Shown: positions 18,794-28,579, counted from the whole stretch's first letter. The stretch is 61,101 nucleotides of DNA, filler included, from 7 parts of 7 records of this genome joined end to end with filler, not necessarily neighbours in it; one strand, 5' to 3'. The notes: a model not told the origin generated them from the sequence alone. A program made the numbers and translations.

Positions 18794-20184
18794 TCCACTG
18801 ATTTAAACATCATCAAAGCCACATTGCGTTCCTTTGAATGATCAAGCACAGGACGTGGATAATCGACTTCCCGAAGCTGTTGTCCCTTTTCAAGAGAATG
18901 AATGTCTTTTGGGTCGATATCGGCAAGTTCAGGAATCCACTTTTTTATGTACAGGCATTCAGGATCAAACTTTTTCTGTTGTGTCCATGGATTAAAAATA
19001 CGGAAATACGGCTGTGAATCCGCCCCTGTTGATGCTGCCCACTGCCAGTTACCATTGTTTACACATGGATCATAATCAACGAGTTTGCTGGCAAAATAAC
19101 GTTCACCCCATTTCCAGTCAATGTGCATGTCCTTCACAAGGAAGGATGCAACTATCATACGCACACGATTGTGCATGCAACCAGTGGTGTTCAATTCCCT
19201 CATTCCTGCATCAACAATTGGAAAACCGATCCGTCCTGAACACCATGCTTCAAAAAGACCCTTGTCGTTCATCCATGAAAGGTTGTCAAATTTTTTCCTG
19301 AAAGCATGCCCGAATACATCAGGAAAAGCAACAGCAATGTTGGTGAAGAAATCTCTCCAGAACAATTCGTTTATCAATGTGTGCCCTGTGCCTAACTCGT
19401 CCTTTACATAATGATAAAACTCCCGTATGGAGACTGTACCCAGTTTGTTATGGGCGGAAAGTCCTGTGGTTCCCTTAATTGATGGGTAATCGCGTTCATT
19501 GTCATAGTTCACAAAACTACCAATATTCTGCAGGATCGATAGAGCATGAGTTCTACCACCTTTTGCGAAAAGATGATCGTTTCTTTCTGATGGCCAGATG
19601 TCGGAAATATTATCCAGTTCAATACCTGTAGCGAGACTTATATTGGCTGAACTGAATCTATCAACGCTCTGCATTTCCGGCAGTGGTACCTCCACCTTTG
19701 AAGCCTTCCTGAAGAACTGGGAGAATACTTTGTAAGGCTTTCCTTCATTGGTCAGCACAGTTCCCGGCTCATGAAGGAGTGCATCATGATAGCTGAATAC
19801 TTCGATACCAGCATCATCACATGCACTTTCTATTGCCTCATCTCGTTTCTTGCTGAAAGGCGTATAGTCCCTGTTGAAGAAGATGGTATCAACCCCATGC
19901 TTCCGGGCAAGTTCCTTTATGATATCTTCAGGCAGACCGGAAAAAAGAAACAGCTCACCATCCCTTGATTGCAATTGTTCTTTCAGGTCTGTAAGGGATT
20001 CCAGCAGGAACTGAAAAGCATTGTTGTTGAAATATTTTCGTTCCCTGTCTGCAAGCCTTGGGTCGAAGATGAAACATGGAATTACCTCGTCGGATAGCTC
20101 CAGCGCCCTGTTCAGGGCTGTGTTGTCATCAAGACGAAGATCACGCCTGAATATGAACAAAGATAACCTGAATTTCTTTGGCAC
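18790..20184 (-). CDS. phr: Deoxyribodipyrimidine photolyase (class I/III-like CPD photolyase/cryptochrome family)
   Basis: FRRDLRLDDN.AL, ELFWRDF, VDAGMREL..TG.MHNRVRMIVASFL, D.D...NNGNWQW and RIFNP motifs. Confidence 0.93.
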   Translation of the reverse strand: MPKKFRLSLFIFRRDLRLDDNTALNRALELSDEVIPCFIFDPRLADRERKYFNNNAFQFLLESLTDLKEQLQSRDGELFLFSGLPEDIIKELARKHGVDTIFFNRDYTPFSKKRDEAIESACDDAGIEVFSYHDALLHEPGTVLTNEGKPYKVFSQFFRKASKVEVPLPEMQSVDRFSSANISLATGIELDNISDIWPSERNDHLFAKGGRTHALSILQNIGSFVNYDNERDYPSIKGTTGLSAHNKLGTVSIREFYHYVKDELGTGHTLINELFWRDFFTNIAVAFPDVFGHAFRKKFDNLSWMNDKGLFEAWCSGRIGFPIVDAGMRELNTTGCMHNRVRMIVASFLVKDMHIDWKWGERYFASKLVDYDPCVNNGNWQWAASTGADSQPYFRIFNPWTQQKKFDPECLYIKKWIPELADIDPKDIHSLEKGQQLREVDYPRPVLDHSKERNVALMMFKSVE

Positions 20185-20769
20185 TCATTCCACCTCGATG
20201 GCAATCTCATTACGCATAAGAGTAGGCGGCATCCATGGTGGATCATAGCGCATCAGGAAATAGTCACCTTTTACGGAAATATTACCGGCAGCAAGTCTAT
20301 TATCAATAAGAAGACGATGCTTTTCAATTGAATCATCATTTGCATAGCCTGAAAATCCTATAACTGCCAGCTTTCTGGAAGGAATCGTATGAATTGATAT
20401 TCCGGAATCATCAGGTTCCGGGGCATTGTCCTGGTCATAAGCAGCAGGAAGTACAAAGGACATATTGACATAAGCACCTTCCTCCGAAGAGAGAACAGGA
20501 GCAGTCATATCAATTTTTTCATCCTTAGCGTCGCCTCCATAAGTATAAGACGCGAGCAAAGAGAATGCATCGCCGGAATCTTTTGCCACCGTCGAGATTA
20601 CGGTCATTTCACCATATTGCCTGATCTCAACGTTGTCATCTAACTCGTCAAGAACCTCATATGCAATCTCTTCCGTTGTCATTGATACATACACCCCCGC
20701 AAAGAACCAGGAACCAGCCGTAACGGCTGCCACTGTCAATAAAGCGAAGATAACCCCTGCTTTATCCAT
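20185..20769 (-). CDS. SOUL-family heme-binding protein with N-terminal membrane anchor
   Basis: EIRQY, AF..LA.Y..G, KIDMTAPV, MSFVLP, FSG and YDPPW....MRNEI motifs. Confidence 0.88.
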   Translation of the reverse strand: MDKAGVIFALLTVAAVTAGSWFFAGVYVSMTTEEIAYEVLDELDDNVEIRQYGEMTVISTVAKDSGDAFSLLASYTYGGDAKDEKIDMTAPVLSSEEGAYVNMSFVLPAAYDQDNAPEPDDSGISIHTIPSRKLAVIGFSGYANDDSIEKHRLLIDNRLAAGNISVKGDYFLMRYDPPWMPPTLMRNEIAIEVE

Positions 20770-20833
20770 AAGTATAGATTAATTTCAGAATTAAAAGAGC
20801 TTTATGGTTCAGGAATGAAATTTTGGTTTTTTT

Positions 20834-21228
20834 GGCTCAGAAGAATCCTGCTAATTGAAACTTAAAACTCAACAATTTTCAATAACTACATTATTTCAAT
20901 AGTATGTAGAATAGCAGTAAAGAAACGTGCCGCCTGCGGTGGATGGTCGCACTGTTCTTTATTTACCAGTGATTTTTTTGTAGAACTATCAAAGACACAA
21001 GGAACGGTTGGTTTGACTAATCGGAAGTCATGTATAACTAAATCCATCCCGGAGGATCCGGCGAAGCCGGCGCGATCCAAAAAGATGAATATAAAAATAT
21101 GTTTTATTTAGCTCTTTTTCGCGCATCGATCATTAAAAACCAGAATGTTCCCATAAAGCTGATACTTCGCAATCATGACAAGCATGCCCGATCACATGAG
21201 CAATTCAAATTAGGATTTCTAAAGAGCC
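20834..21228. mobile_element. Candidate non-autonomous element (MITE or IS remnant), about 395 bp
   Basis: Imperfect inverted ends GGCTCAGAAGAATCCTGCTAATTGAA and (reverse complement) GGCTCTTTAGAAATCCTAATTTGAA. The same end recurs at 38677-38706. No transposase inside. Confidence 0.65.
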
Positions 21229-21320
21229 TTTTTTCCACATATTAATTCTATATAGATAAGTATAGTCCTATGCAATTTTCCCAGATCAACTAGATATATG
21301 AACCTGACAAATTTCTGAAT

Positions 21321-21971
21321 GTGATAGAAGCTCTGATATTTGATATGGACGGCGTGCTCATCGACTCGATGCATCTGCATTCAAAAGCATGGAAGACCGC
21401 TTTTATGGAAGCCGGGATAGACATCAATGAAAGGGAGATATTCAGTCTTGAAGGCGAGAATGATCCGGGTATCGTAAAGAGGATACTTGATAGTAGTGGA
21501 AATGATGATGACAGGTTTGATGAACTGATGGAATCGGTCCCGCCAAGGAAACATGAGGTCTTTGACAGGGATGCTGCCACTATGTTCAATGGTATCGATG
21601 AATGCCTGAAAACATTAAAAAGCAGATTCAGACTTGGTGTTGTTTCAGGTTCTGACAGGACAGTGGTTGAGATGATGATGGAAAGGTATTTCCCCGGGCT
21701 GTTCGATGCAATTGTCAGTGGGGATGAAACTGAAAAAGGGAAGCCTGAACCTGATCCCTATAACAAAGCCGTTGAAATGCTGGGAGTTGAGAAGCAGGAC
21801 TGCATTGTTGTAGAGAATGCAATACTGGGTATCATGTCTGCAAAAAATGCCGGGATATTCACGGTGGGAATACCCACATACCTTGAAAGGAAAGAGCTTG
21901 AACATGCTGACATAGTGCTGCATGACCACGAAGAACTTTACAGGTTCATGGGACTATTGCTTCGTACATGA
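21321..21971 (+). CDS. HAD-superfamily phosphatase (beta-phosphoglucomutase-like)
   Basis: FDMDGVLIDS, VSGS and GKPEPDPY motifs. Confidence 0.9.
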   Translation: MIEALIFDMDGVLIDSMHLHSKAWKTAFMEAGIDINEREIFSLEGENDPGIVKRILDSSGNDDDRFDELMESVPPRKHEVFDRDAATMFNGIDECLKTLKSRFRLGVVSGSDRTVVEMMMERYFPGLFDAIVSGDETEKGKPEPDPYNKAVEMLGVEKQDCIVVENAILGIMSAKNAGIFTVGIPTYLERKELEHADIVLHDHEELYRFMGLLLRT

Positions 21972-21977
21972 GAAAGC

Positions 21978-23105
21978 CTATTTATAATCTTCCACTCTTT
22001 TCCTGATATATGCAGGACCATCCAGAAGCTGAGCCTGCTCTTTTAGTTCGGATGTTCTGGAACCGAAAGTTTCATCGTCTAGCAATTGACGGATGGAATA
22101 AAGTAGTTCCTCAGGAGTGGCAGAGTAAGTGAAAAAGAATCCGTAGCCATTTTTTTCCAGAAGATGGGCATTGTTTTCCTGTTCATTGTGGGACTGGTCA
22201 GGGAATGAGATCACAGGCAGGCCATAGCTTAGTGACTCGGTGAGAGTACCGTGGCCCCCTGTGCATATTACCATATCACTTGAGCGATAGTAAGGAAATG
22301 GATCAGGGATGAGCTTCTTTATAGTTACATTTTCAGGTACGTTATCCAGCAAGTCATAGTCGAGGTCCGGGCCACCTATCAGAGTATAATTGATGGTGGA
22401 GTCCATTTCTGCTGCCTTGAGGATTTTCCTGAATATCTGAAGGCGATAGCCGAATCCTCCTATACTGCAGAGCACGTGTGGACTTTTCACATCGTTCATA
22501 GGGACCACTTCATCGAACCTTTTTCTCAGGACCGGACCTGAGAACTCCACTTTGTTCTCCACACCTTTGGGGAAAGATAGATTGGAACCGCATATGGTTG
22601 ATGGAGGTTTGAAGTCAGGGACGAAGATGATATCTATATTATTATAGATCCATGTATAGAACATCCTGACCACTGAACCCGCAAGAGCTACGGCAGGTCC
22701 TTTGCCCTTGAAGAACTCCTCCATGCTGGACTGGTTCACTATCATAGCCCTATTTATGCCTCTTCTTTTAGCTGCGAGGATGCCGAGATAGTATCCGTCC
22801 GAGATCACAAAATGCGGGTTGACCTTTTTAACAATGTTTGTGACCTTTCCGATGTTCCCGAGAGAAATAGCACCAACTGTTGCCATTATGGACTTGCTGA
22901 TATTTAGCGAACCATTCTTTCCATTGAGCTTCAGTTCCTGTGGGACCTCCGTTACGCTGAGACCTGACTTTTCAATTAGTTCCTTTGAATAGCCATAGGC
23001 TCCGATGGTCACATCATGGCCTGCCAGTATCATGTCATTTGCCAGTGAGATGCAACGTCCGGTATGACCCATACCTTCCCCGCATACGAAAATAAGGAAC
23101 CTCAT
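21978..23105 (-). CDS. GT-B glycosyltransferase (GT28/MJ1255-like)
   Basis: GEGMGH.GR and CTGGHGT..E....G.P....P.....EQ.NNA motifs. Confidence 0.85.
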   Translation of the reverse strand: MRFLIFVCGEGMGHTGRCISLANDMILAGHDVTIGAYGYSKELIEKSGLSVTEVPQELKLNGKNGSLNISKSIMATVGAISLGNIGKVTNIVKKVNPHFVISDGYYLGILAAKRRGINRAMIVNQSSMEEFFKGKGPAVALAGSVVRMFYTWIYNNIDIIFVPDFKPPSTICGSNLSFPKGVENKVEFSGPVLRKRFDEVVPMNDVKSPHVLCSIGGFGYRLQIFRKILKAAEMDSTINYTLIGGPDLDYDLLDNVPENVTIKKLIPDPFPYYRSSDMVICTGGHGTLTESLSYGLPVISFPDQSHNEQENNAHLLEKNGYGFFFTYSATPEELLYSIRQLLDDETFGSRTSELKEQAQLLDGPAYIRKRVEDYK

Positions 23106-23115
23106 GACCTCACCA

Positions 23116-23215
23116 NNNNNNNNNNNNNNNNNNNNNNNNNNNNNNNNNNNNNNNNNNNNTTAATTAATTAANNNNNNNNNNNNNNNNNNNNNNNNNNNNN
23201 NNNNNNNNNNNNNNN
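23116..23215. other. Artificial contig linker
   Basis: N-run + TTAATTAATTAA + N-run. Confidence 0.99.
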
Positions 23216-23260
23216 AGAACCCGTTGGAAAAGATCTGTGGAGCAAATTTGCGTTTTTCTA

Positions 23261-23289
23261 TTCTGCCGCCTTTGAGATAGGCGGCAGAA
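23261..23289 (-). terminator. Hairpin downstream of the EF-hand gene
   Basis: TTCTGCCGCCT-TTGAGAT-AGGCGGCAGAA perfect 11-bp stem. Confidence 0.6.
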
Positions 23290-23325
23290 CCGACAGTACC
23301 CATTTCCATTATTAATTAAATCATG

Positions 23326-23865
23326 TTAGCATAACACGTTGATTTGCCCACCGCTTGCGGAGGACTGATTCGACCCGATATTTGATTGCTTGACGTATTC
23401 CTGAAGCAGGTTGATGATCTCCGAGGTTGCTCCCTCGGCATCAACGACGCCGTCTCCGTTTGCATCCAGCGCATCGGTCAAATCCGTTGAGTCTTCATCA
23501 TCCTCGCTGTTCAATGTGTTCAGGAGGCTTTCGATACCGTTTCCTTCCATACCGCCCCTCATCCCAGGAGGAGGACCCGTCATCCCCGCAGGAGGGCTCC
23601 CAGGACGACCGGGACGACCGGCCTCAAATTCCGCCTGACTAATGAGGTCGTCTTCGTCCGTGTCCATATTGGAAAACATCTCTTCAACATCTACGGTTTG
23701 ACCGGTCATCTCCGAAACCTTATCGGAGAATGCACTCATTTCCGTCTTCGTGAGCGATCCATCCCCATCGGAATCCGCCTCGGTGAACGGGTTCTTCTTC
23801 TGCCCCCCCATGTTGACCATCTGGCTGTAATCCATGTAACTTCCCGACCCTATGCCGCTTATCAT
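23326..23865 (-). CDS. EF-hand calcium-binding protein
   Basis: DSDGDGSLTKTE, DTDEDDLISQAE and DANGDGVVDAE loops; Pro/Gly linker; AGGAGG RBS. Confidence 0.85.
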   Translation of the reverse strand: MISGIGSGSYMDYSQMVNMGGQKKNPFTEADSDGDGSLTKTEMSAFSDKVSEMTGQTVDVEEMFSNMDTDEDDLISQAEFEAGRPGRPGSPPAGMTGPPPGMRGGMEGNGIESLLNTLNSEDDEDSTDLTDALDANGDGVVDAEGATSEIINLLQEYVKQSNIGSNQSSASGGQINVLC

Positions 23866-23968
23866 CTTTATTACCTCCTTTTCTCAGAACCTGAGACTTG
23901 GAAATCATCCAAATTTTGCCTACACCGGCAAAATGGATGGGATATGGGTACCATACGCACCTTCCTAA

Positions 23969-23984
23969 AGCAGGAAAAGTGCCA
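23969..23984 (-). promoter_or_regulatory. sigma54 promoter of the EF-hand gene
   Basis: Minus strand reads TGGCACTTTTCCTGCT (GG-N10-GC). Confidence 0.7.
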
Positions 23985-24392
23985 CATGAATCGACCGGTA
24001 GAGGCTAAAAATGCGGGGCGGCAAACGGATAAGTTACGGCCAAATGAGGGTTACTCCTGGATCAGAATTCTTTTATAAATAAATCCTGACCGGCAATGCA
24101 TTCGGCCGTCCAATGAGCCTTTCGGGTCGCCTTTATAAGGATAAGGGGAATGTAACTTATAGGTACTCCAAAATAATACTGAAAAATATTGAAACACAAC
24201 CCCGTTGCGGTTCTTCACGACATGCTCCTTCGGTCTGACTGTTGTTCAGGTAGGAAAATATTGCACTGAAAGGGAGATTGTTACCGGCCAAGAGGACCGT
24301 TGAAATGGGGCGCCAACGGCCCTTCGGCGACTTCGGGAATGACGTAAAGAGGCTGAGTCCTCATCACACATCCAAGACAGGTACGACCGGTC

Positions 24393-24587
24393 TCATTTCT
24401 GTCGCCTCCCGTCTTCAAGAACAATACTCGCCTGCTTGAAAAGCTTGGACTTCCAATTTTTGATTTGATTGGGATTAAGGTTATGTTCTTCCGCCAAATC
24501 CTTGAGCCCCTTTTTTCCTTTTAACCATTCGAGAACAAGTTTGGCCTTAAACTCTCCGGTATAGGTTTTTCGTTTCATATCAGCCAT
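24393..24587 (-). CDS. Small IS3-family OrfA-like HTH protein (no OrfB)
   Basis: RKTYTGEFKAKLV.....G......LA..H.L...QI.NWK pattern; GAGG RBS; no DDE ORF follows. Confidence 0.7.
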   Translation of the reverse strand: MADMKRKTYTGEFKAKLVLEWLKGKKGLKDLAEEHNLNPNQIKNWKSKLFKQASIVLEDGRRQK

Positions 24588-24953
24588 ATGACCTCTTTTC
24601 GTTTTGCCCTTTTGTGGTTACATCGTTTGTGCCCTTCAAATCGTTACAAAAAAATAATTTTGTGTTATGTCACTTAAAGTTATGATAAATAAGAGTGGAA
24701 AAACCCATCGATGAAAACGAGGGCAAGCGCACTGAGTTGAAATCGAAAAATATGTCATGCATTAAATTGAGTAATGGGGGGGAAGGACGTACATCAGAAC
24801 ATACATCAGATTATAAGTTTATATGCCATGCAAAACTTATATGGAGGAGCATGGAAGACTGCACAATTCAGGGAATGAACCAAAAGCCTTTGAATAACTT
24901 ATAATCTGACGTCCCCTAGATCTCGTTACAAACTAAAACCATTTGGAATATTC

Positions 24954-26177
24954 ATGAGATATTCATTAATGGAGTTTATTAGCTGCTCATTTTGCGGTGG
25001 AGAATTAGCCTGCCTTGCAACCTCTCCAAAATTGAAAAAGCAAGATAAGAATCATTTCTTTTCAATTGTGGGAACTTCACCGGAATCTCAAAAGATGACA
25101 TCCATAGCGAACATTCTGAAAAAGGAAAATTTCACCCGTCCAATGAAAATAGGCAAAGAGATGGAATTGGAAGACGGGTTGCTGATTTGTGAAGAGTGCG
25201 GTCATTGGTTTCCCTTACGCAATTTTATCCCTGAACTCCTGCCGGATCACCTCAGAGATTGGTTGGAAGATATACGGTATTTCAAATCACTTGAGTCTAG
25301 GCTTCCGCAGGATCTTTTCAATGAATTATTTGAAAAAACACAAAAATTTTCCAGTAAGGTCTTTTCTGTTGACGACCCGGGAATAAATCATAAAAAATCC
25401 GAAATATCCATTGAAACAAAAGTAACGGATGAGGACTTTTTCGGACCTGGTTTTATCGCGCCTTTCTTCTTTGGGAATACTGAATATACCATGCATTTAT
25501 TGAAACGTTTTGGTAACGTGTTACCGCTTTTGGAGCCCCGTAGCGGAGACCTGGTATTGGATATAGGTGCCGGTTACGCCTGGACGACGGAATGGCTGAT
25601 GAAAATGGGTCTGGAACCTATTGGTGTTGATATCTGTAGAACATACCTGGATATAGGCTTACAAAGGATGAAAGAGGGAAAAAGGCCCCATTTAGTGGTT
25701 GGGGATATTGAGAATTTGCCTTTAAAAGATAATGTGCTGAATAGTATTCATTCCTTCGATGCTTTTCATCACATTCCGGACCGCGAAAAGGCTATGGGGC
25801 ACTTCTTTCGCTCTTTAAAGGGATATGGCAATATAGTCCTGGCTGAACCGGGAGGTGATCATGAACATGCCCCGGTATCAAAGGATGTTATGGATAAATA
25901 TGGCATCCTTGAAAAAGGCATGGAACTTGTTGATGTGGAAGCTTATTGTGAAGGATTGAACTTTTTGCCCCCGGAACAACATTTTGTTATGAAATCATTA
26001 CGTCATGAACTGGATAGTCGGTTATCTTTAGAATATGCAAAGTCTCATGACTATATGGATTGTAATATTTTTGTTGTGAAGAAAAGGCTAGATGAAATAC
26101 AATCTTATTCTGATTCAACAGATCGATTAAACCGCATAAAGCGTAAGGTAAAATCCAAGTTAAAACAGATATTTTAA
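24954..26177 (+). CDS. Trm112-like zinc ribbon fused to a class I SAM methyltransferase
   Basis: MRYSLMEFISCSFC...GLLICEECGHWFPLRNFIPELL, then VLDIGAGYAW, GDIENLP and AFHHIPD. AT-rich relative to the operon that follows. Confidence 0.8.
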   Translation: MRYSLMEFISCSFCGGELACLATSPKLKKQDKNHFFSIVGTSPESQKMTSIANILKKENFTRPMKIGKEMELEDGLLICEECGHWFPLRNFIPELLPDHLRDWLEDIRYFKSLESRLPQDLFNELFEKTQKFSSKVFSVDDPGINHKKSEISIETKVTDEDFFGPGFIAPFFFGNTEYTMHLLKRFGNVLPLLEPRSGDLVLDIGAGYAWTTEWLMKMGLEPIGVDICRTYLDIGLQRMKEGKRPHLVVGDIENLPLKDNVLNSIHSFDAFHHIPDREKAMGHFFRSLKGYGNIVLAEPGGDHEHAPVSKDVMDKYGILEKGMELVDVEAYCEGLNFLPPEQHFVMKSLRHELDSRLSLEYAKSHDYMDCNIFVVKKRLDEIQSYSDSTDRLNRIKRKVKSKLKQIF

Positions 26178-26372
26178 AAATTGATTCGCTAAATCAAAGG
26201 GAGGCCGAGGTCAGTCCAAAATAAAGGGGTCAAGGATTCCGAAATAGTGGACAATGTTTTCCCCGGGAAACCCATTCACGGCTCGGCAATGCAGGATTAA
26301 AGTTGATTCGAGTTAAAGGGGATTCAAATCATGAAAACTAAATCCGTCCTGTGGGCCCGGCCCCCTGGCGGA

Positions 26373-27908
26373 TCAACCACCATGGGAATACCGCTTTCTG
26401 AGTTCTGTTTTTAAGACCTTCCCCAAGGCGCTTTTGGGAAGGCTGTCGACGAACCGGAGTTGCCTGGGGATCTTGTATCCCCCGATTTTCCCTCGGCAGT
26501 GGGAGATAATCTCTTCCGGGTTCAGTTGAGCTCCTTCCGATAAGACAATCACCGCAAGGAGTGCCTCCCCGTACTTTTCATCCGGAACGCCAATGACCGC
26601 AGCTTCGTGCACGCCGGCATGCTGGTGCAACACCGCCTCAACTTCCGAGGTGTAGATATTTTCACCCCCGGAAACGATCATGTCCTTTTTCCGATCCATC
26701 AGGTAAATAAATCCCTCATGATCTTTTCGTCCCACATCCCCGGTATGGAACCAACCTTCGCGAAAAGTACGGCGGTTTTCATCGTCCCGGTTCAAGTATC
26801 CCCGGGTGATGTTTGGCCCCCGGGCCGCCACTTCGCCCACTTCGCCGGCAGAGACGCTTTTGCCCATATCGTTAACGATTTGTAATTCCACGCCCGGAAT
26901 GGGATGTCCGCAAGATTTCAATGGCTCGTATGAGCCCGTTCTCAGAGCCTTTTGGTGAACTTCCCACGGCAGAATGGACAACAGTGGGGATGTCTCCGTT
27001 AAACCGTACCCTTGATGGAGTTCCGCATTTGGAAGGGCTTTCGTGGTACGTCGAATCCAGTCCACGGCCATGGGTGAGGACCCGTAGATCATTCCGCGCA
27101 GGCTCGACAGATTGTATGCATGGAAATCCGGAACCTGCAGTGCCATAATGATCATGGTGGGCGGCAGCATGGTGAAGGTAATTTTGAAACGGGAAATGAT
27201 TTCAAGCAGCCCTTTTGGAGAGAAGGCCGGCATATAAACGTGGGCGGCCCCGAAAAGGTACCAAATCGTTCCCAGAAGGTCCGCCGAATGAAACATGGGG
27301 GCGGCGTGTAGGTAAATGTCGTTCCGCAGAGGCCCGAAGGACGGCGCACACTGGAGCGCATCGGAGAGGATATTGCCGTGGGTCAATGGCACGCCTTTGC
27401 TTTGTCCAGTGGTTCCTCCCGTATACAGAAGGATGGCTTCGTCGTCGGGATGACCTGCGTGCATGGAAGCCGGTTCGAATCCGTTCCATCGTTCCCGGCG
27501 GGCGTCATCCGTTTTTCCGGCCCCCATCAGCTCTGCCTTTTCTCGCCAGGGCGCAAGGTCATCATGGTCCAGCAGTGAATGAAATCCCGGATCAATAAAC
27601 AGACAGCCTACTGCCGCATCCTTAAGGATATGGCAAATCTCAGGCGGCGCCAGACGAATGTTGATGGGGACAGGCACGATGCCTGACCAGTAACCGCCGT
27701 AAAATAGTTCGTTGGCCTGTACGCTGTTGGGTGAAATGACGCCAAATCGCTCACCCGGCTTGAGCCCCAACCCTCGCAGCATGCCGGCCGTTCTTTTCAC
27801 CCGATCCAGAAAGGCGCCGTATGTTAAGGTCATGTCCTCTTCCACTACCGCTGTCCGGTCGGAATATTGAATGGCTATCGACCGGAGCATCTCCGCCATG
27901 GTACTCAT
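26373..27908 (-). CDS. Long-chain-type acyl-CoA ligase (AMP-forming)
   Basis: YTGGTTGQSKG, GYGLTET, TGDVG and LPKSALGKV motifs. ATG at 27908 follows GGAGG. Confidence 0.92.
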   Translation of the reverse strand: MSTMAEMLRSIAIQYSDRTAVVEEDMTLTYGAFLDRVKRTAGMLRGLGLKPGERFGVISPNSVQANELFYGGYWSGIVPVPINIRLAPPEICHILKDAAVGCLFIDPGFHSLLDHDDLAPWREKAELMGAGKTDDARRERWNGFEPASMHAGHPDDEAILLYTGGTTGQSKGVPLTHGNILSDALQCAPSFGPLRNDIYLHAAPMFHSADLLGTIWYLFGAAHVYMPAFSPKGLLEIISRFKITFTMLPPTMIIMALQVPDFHAYNLSSLRGMIYGSSPMAVDWIRRTTKALPNAELHQGYGLTETSPLLSILPWEVHQKALRTGSYEPLKSCGHPIPGVELQIVNDMGKSVSAGEVGEVAARGPNITRGYLNRDDENRRTFREGWFHTGDVGRKDHEGFIYLMDRKKDMIVSGGENIYTSEVEAVLHQHAGVHEAAVIGVPDEKYGEALLAVIVLSEGAQLNPEEIISHCRGKIGGYKIPRQLRFVDSLPKSALGKVLKTELRKRYSHGG

Positions 27909-27961
27909 TTTAACCCTCCTCCTCTCGCAATAGGCATCACCAGCCGTTTCGAATCGACAGT

Positions 27962-28576
27962 TCACCCGGATGAACGTTTTATTATTTCATTTTCCAAGGC
28001 TCTGGCGGCATCAGGAAATCGTTCCACCAACGCCTCCAATCCACTGTAAAAAACCCTCGGCCCGGTTCGATGCTTTTTCAGAAGCGGCCTGGCTTCAGCT
28101 TGGGAAACCCTTCGATGAATTTCGCTTTCCGGGTCATCCAGATCTCCAAAGGTCAGGGCTTCCCCCGGACAGGCATCTACGCACAGAGGGTTCTGTCCCT
28201 CGGCCAGCCGATCTCTGCAAAGGTTGCATCCTTCAGCCTTACGGGTATCCGGGCGCATGACGATCGCACCATAGGGACAGGCCAGGACGCACAATTCACA
28301 TGCCACGCATCGTTTTGAATCGACCCTTAAAATGCCGTCCTCCCCTTTGACGCAGGCGGAAAAACGGCAAACGGCGACGCAGGGCGGGTACTCGCATTGC
28401 ATACAGGGCAACGGGAGTATCCAGCGGTTGATGTCCGGATGGGTCCCCAGGGTGAAGTCCACAATCCGTATGCGCCCGGGACCGCCCGCGGGCAAACCGT
28501 GCCAGTTCTTACACCCCACAACGCAGGCTTTGCAACCGATACATCGGGAAATATTCACCAGCAAACCGTATTTCAC
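27962..28576 (-). CDS. 4Fe-4S dicluster subunit (DmsB/NrfC-like)
   Basis: CIGCKACVVGC, CMQCEYPPCVAVC, CVACELCVLACP and CNLC...CVDACP. Confidence 0.92.
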   Translation of the reverse strand: MKYGLLVNISRCIGCKACVVGCKNWHGLPAGGPGRIRIVDFTLGTHPDINRWILPLPCMQCEYPPCVAVCRFSACVKGEDGILRVDSKRCVACELCVLACPYGAIVMRPDTRKAEGCNLCRDRLAEGQNPLCVDACPGEALTFGDLDDPESEIHRRVSQAEARPLLKKHRTGPRVFYSGLEALVERFPDAARALENEIIKRSSG

Positions 28577-28579
28577 AAT

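Noticed and set aside
20886-21080. 64-aa ORF inside the candidate MITE
   Set aside because: Non-ATG start, no RBS and no transposase-like motifs.
18452-23105. Pyrrolysine read-through at TAG stops in the methanogen-like contig
   Set aside because: Both TAG-ending ORFs stop at the expected C-terminus of their families, and no conserved domain continues past the stop.
24280-24360. REP-like or ncRNA hairpins (CCGTTG...CAACGG, CTTCGGGAATGAC)
   Set aside because: Single occurrence with weak structure; it cannot be distinguished from a terminator or chance.
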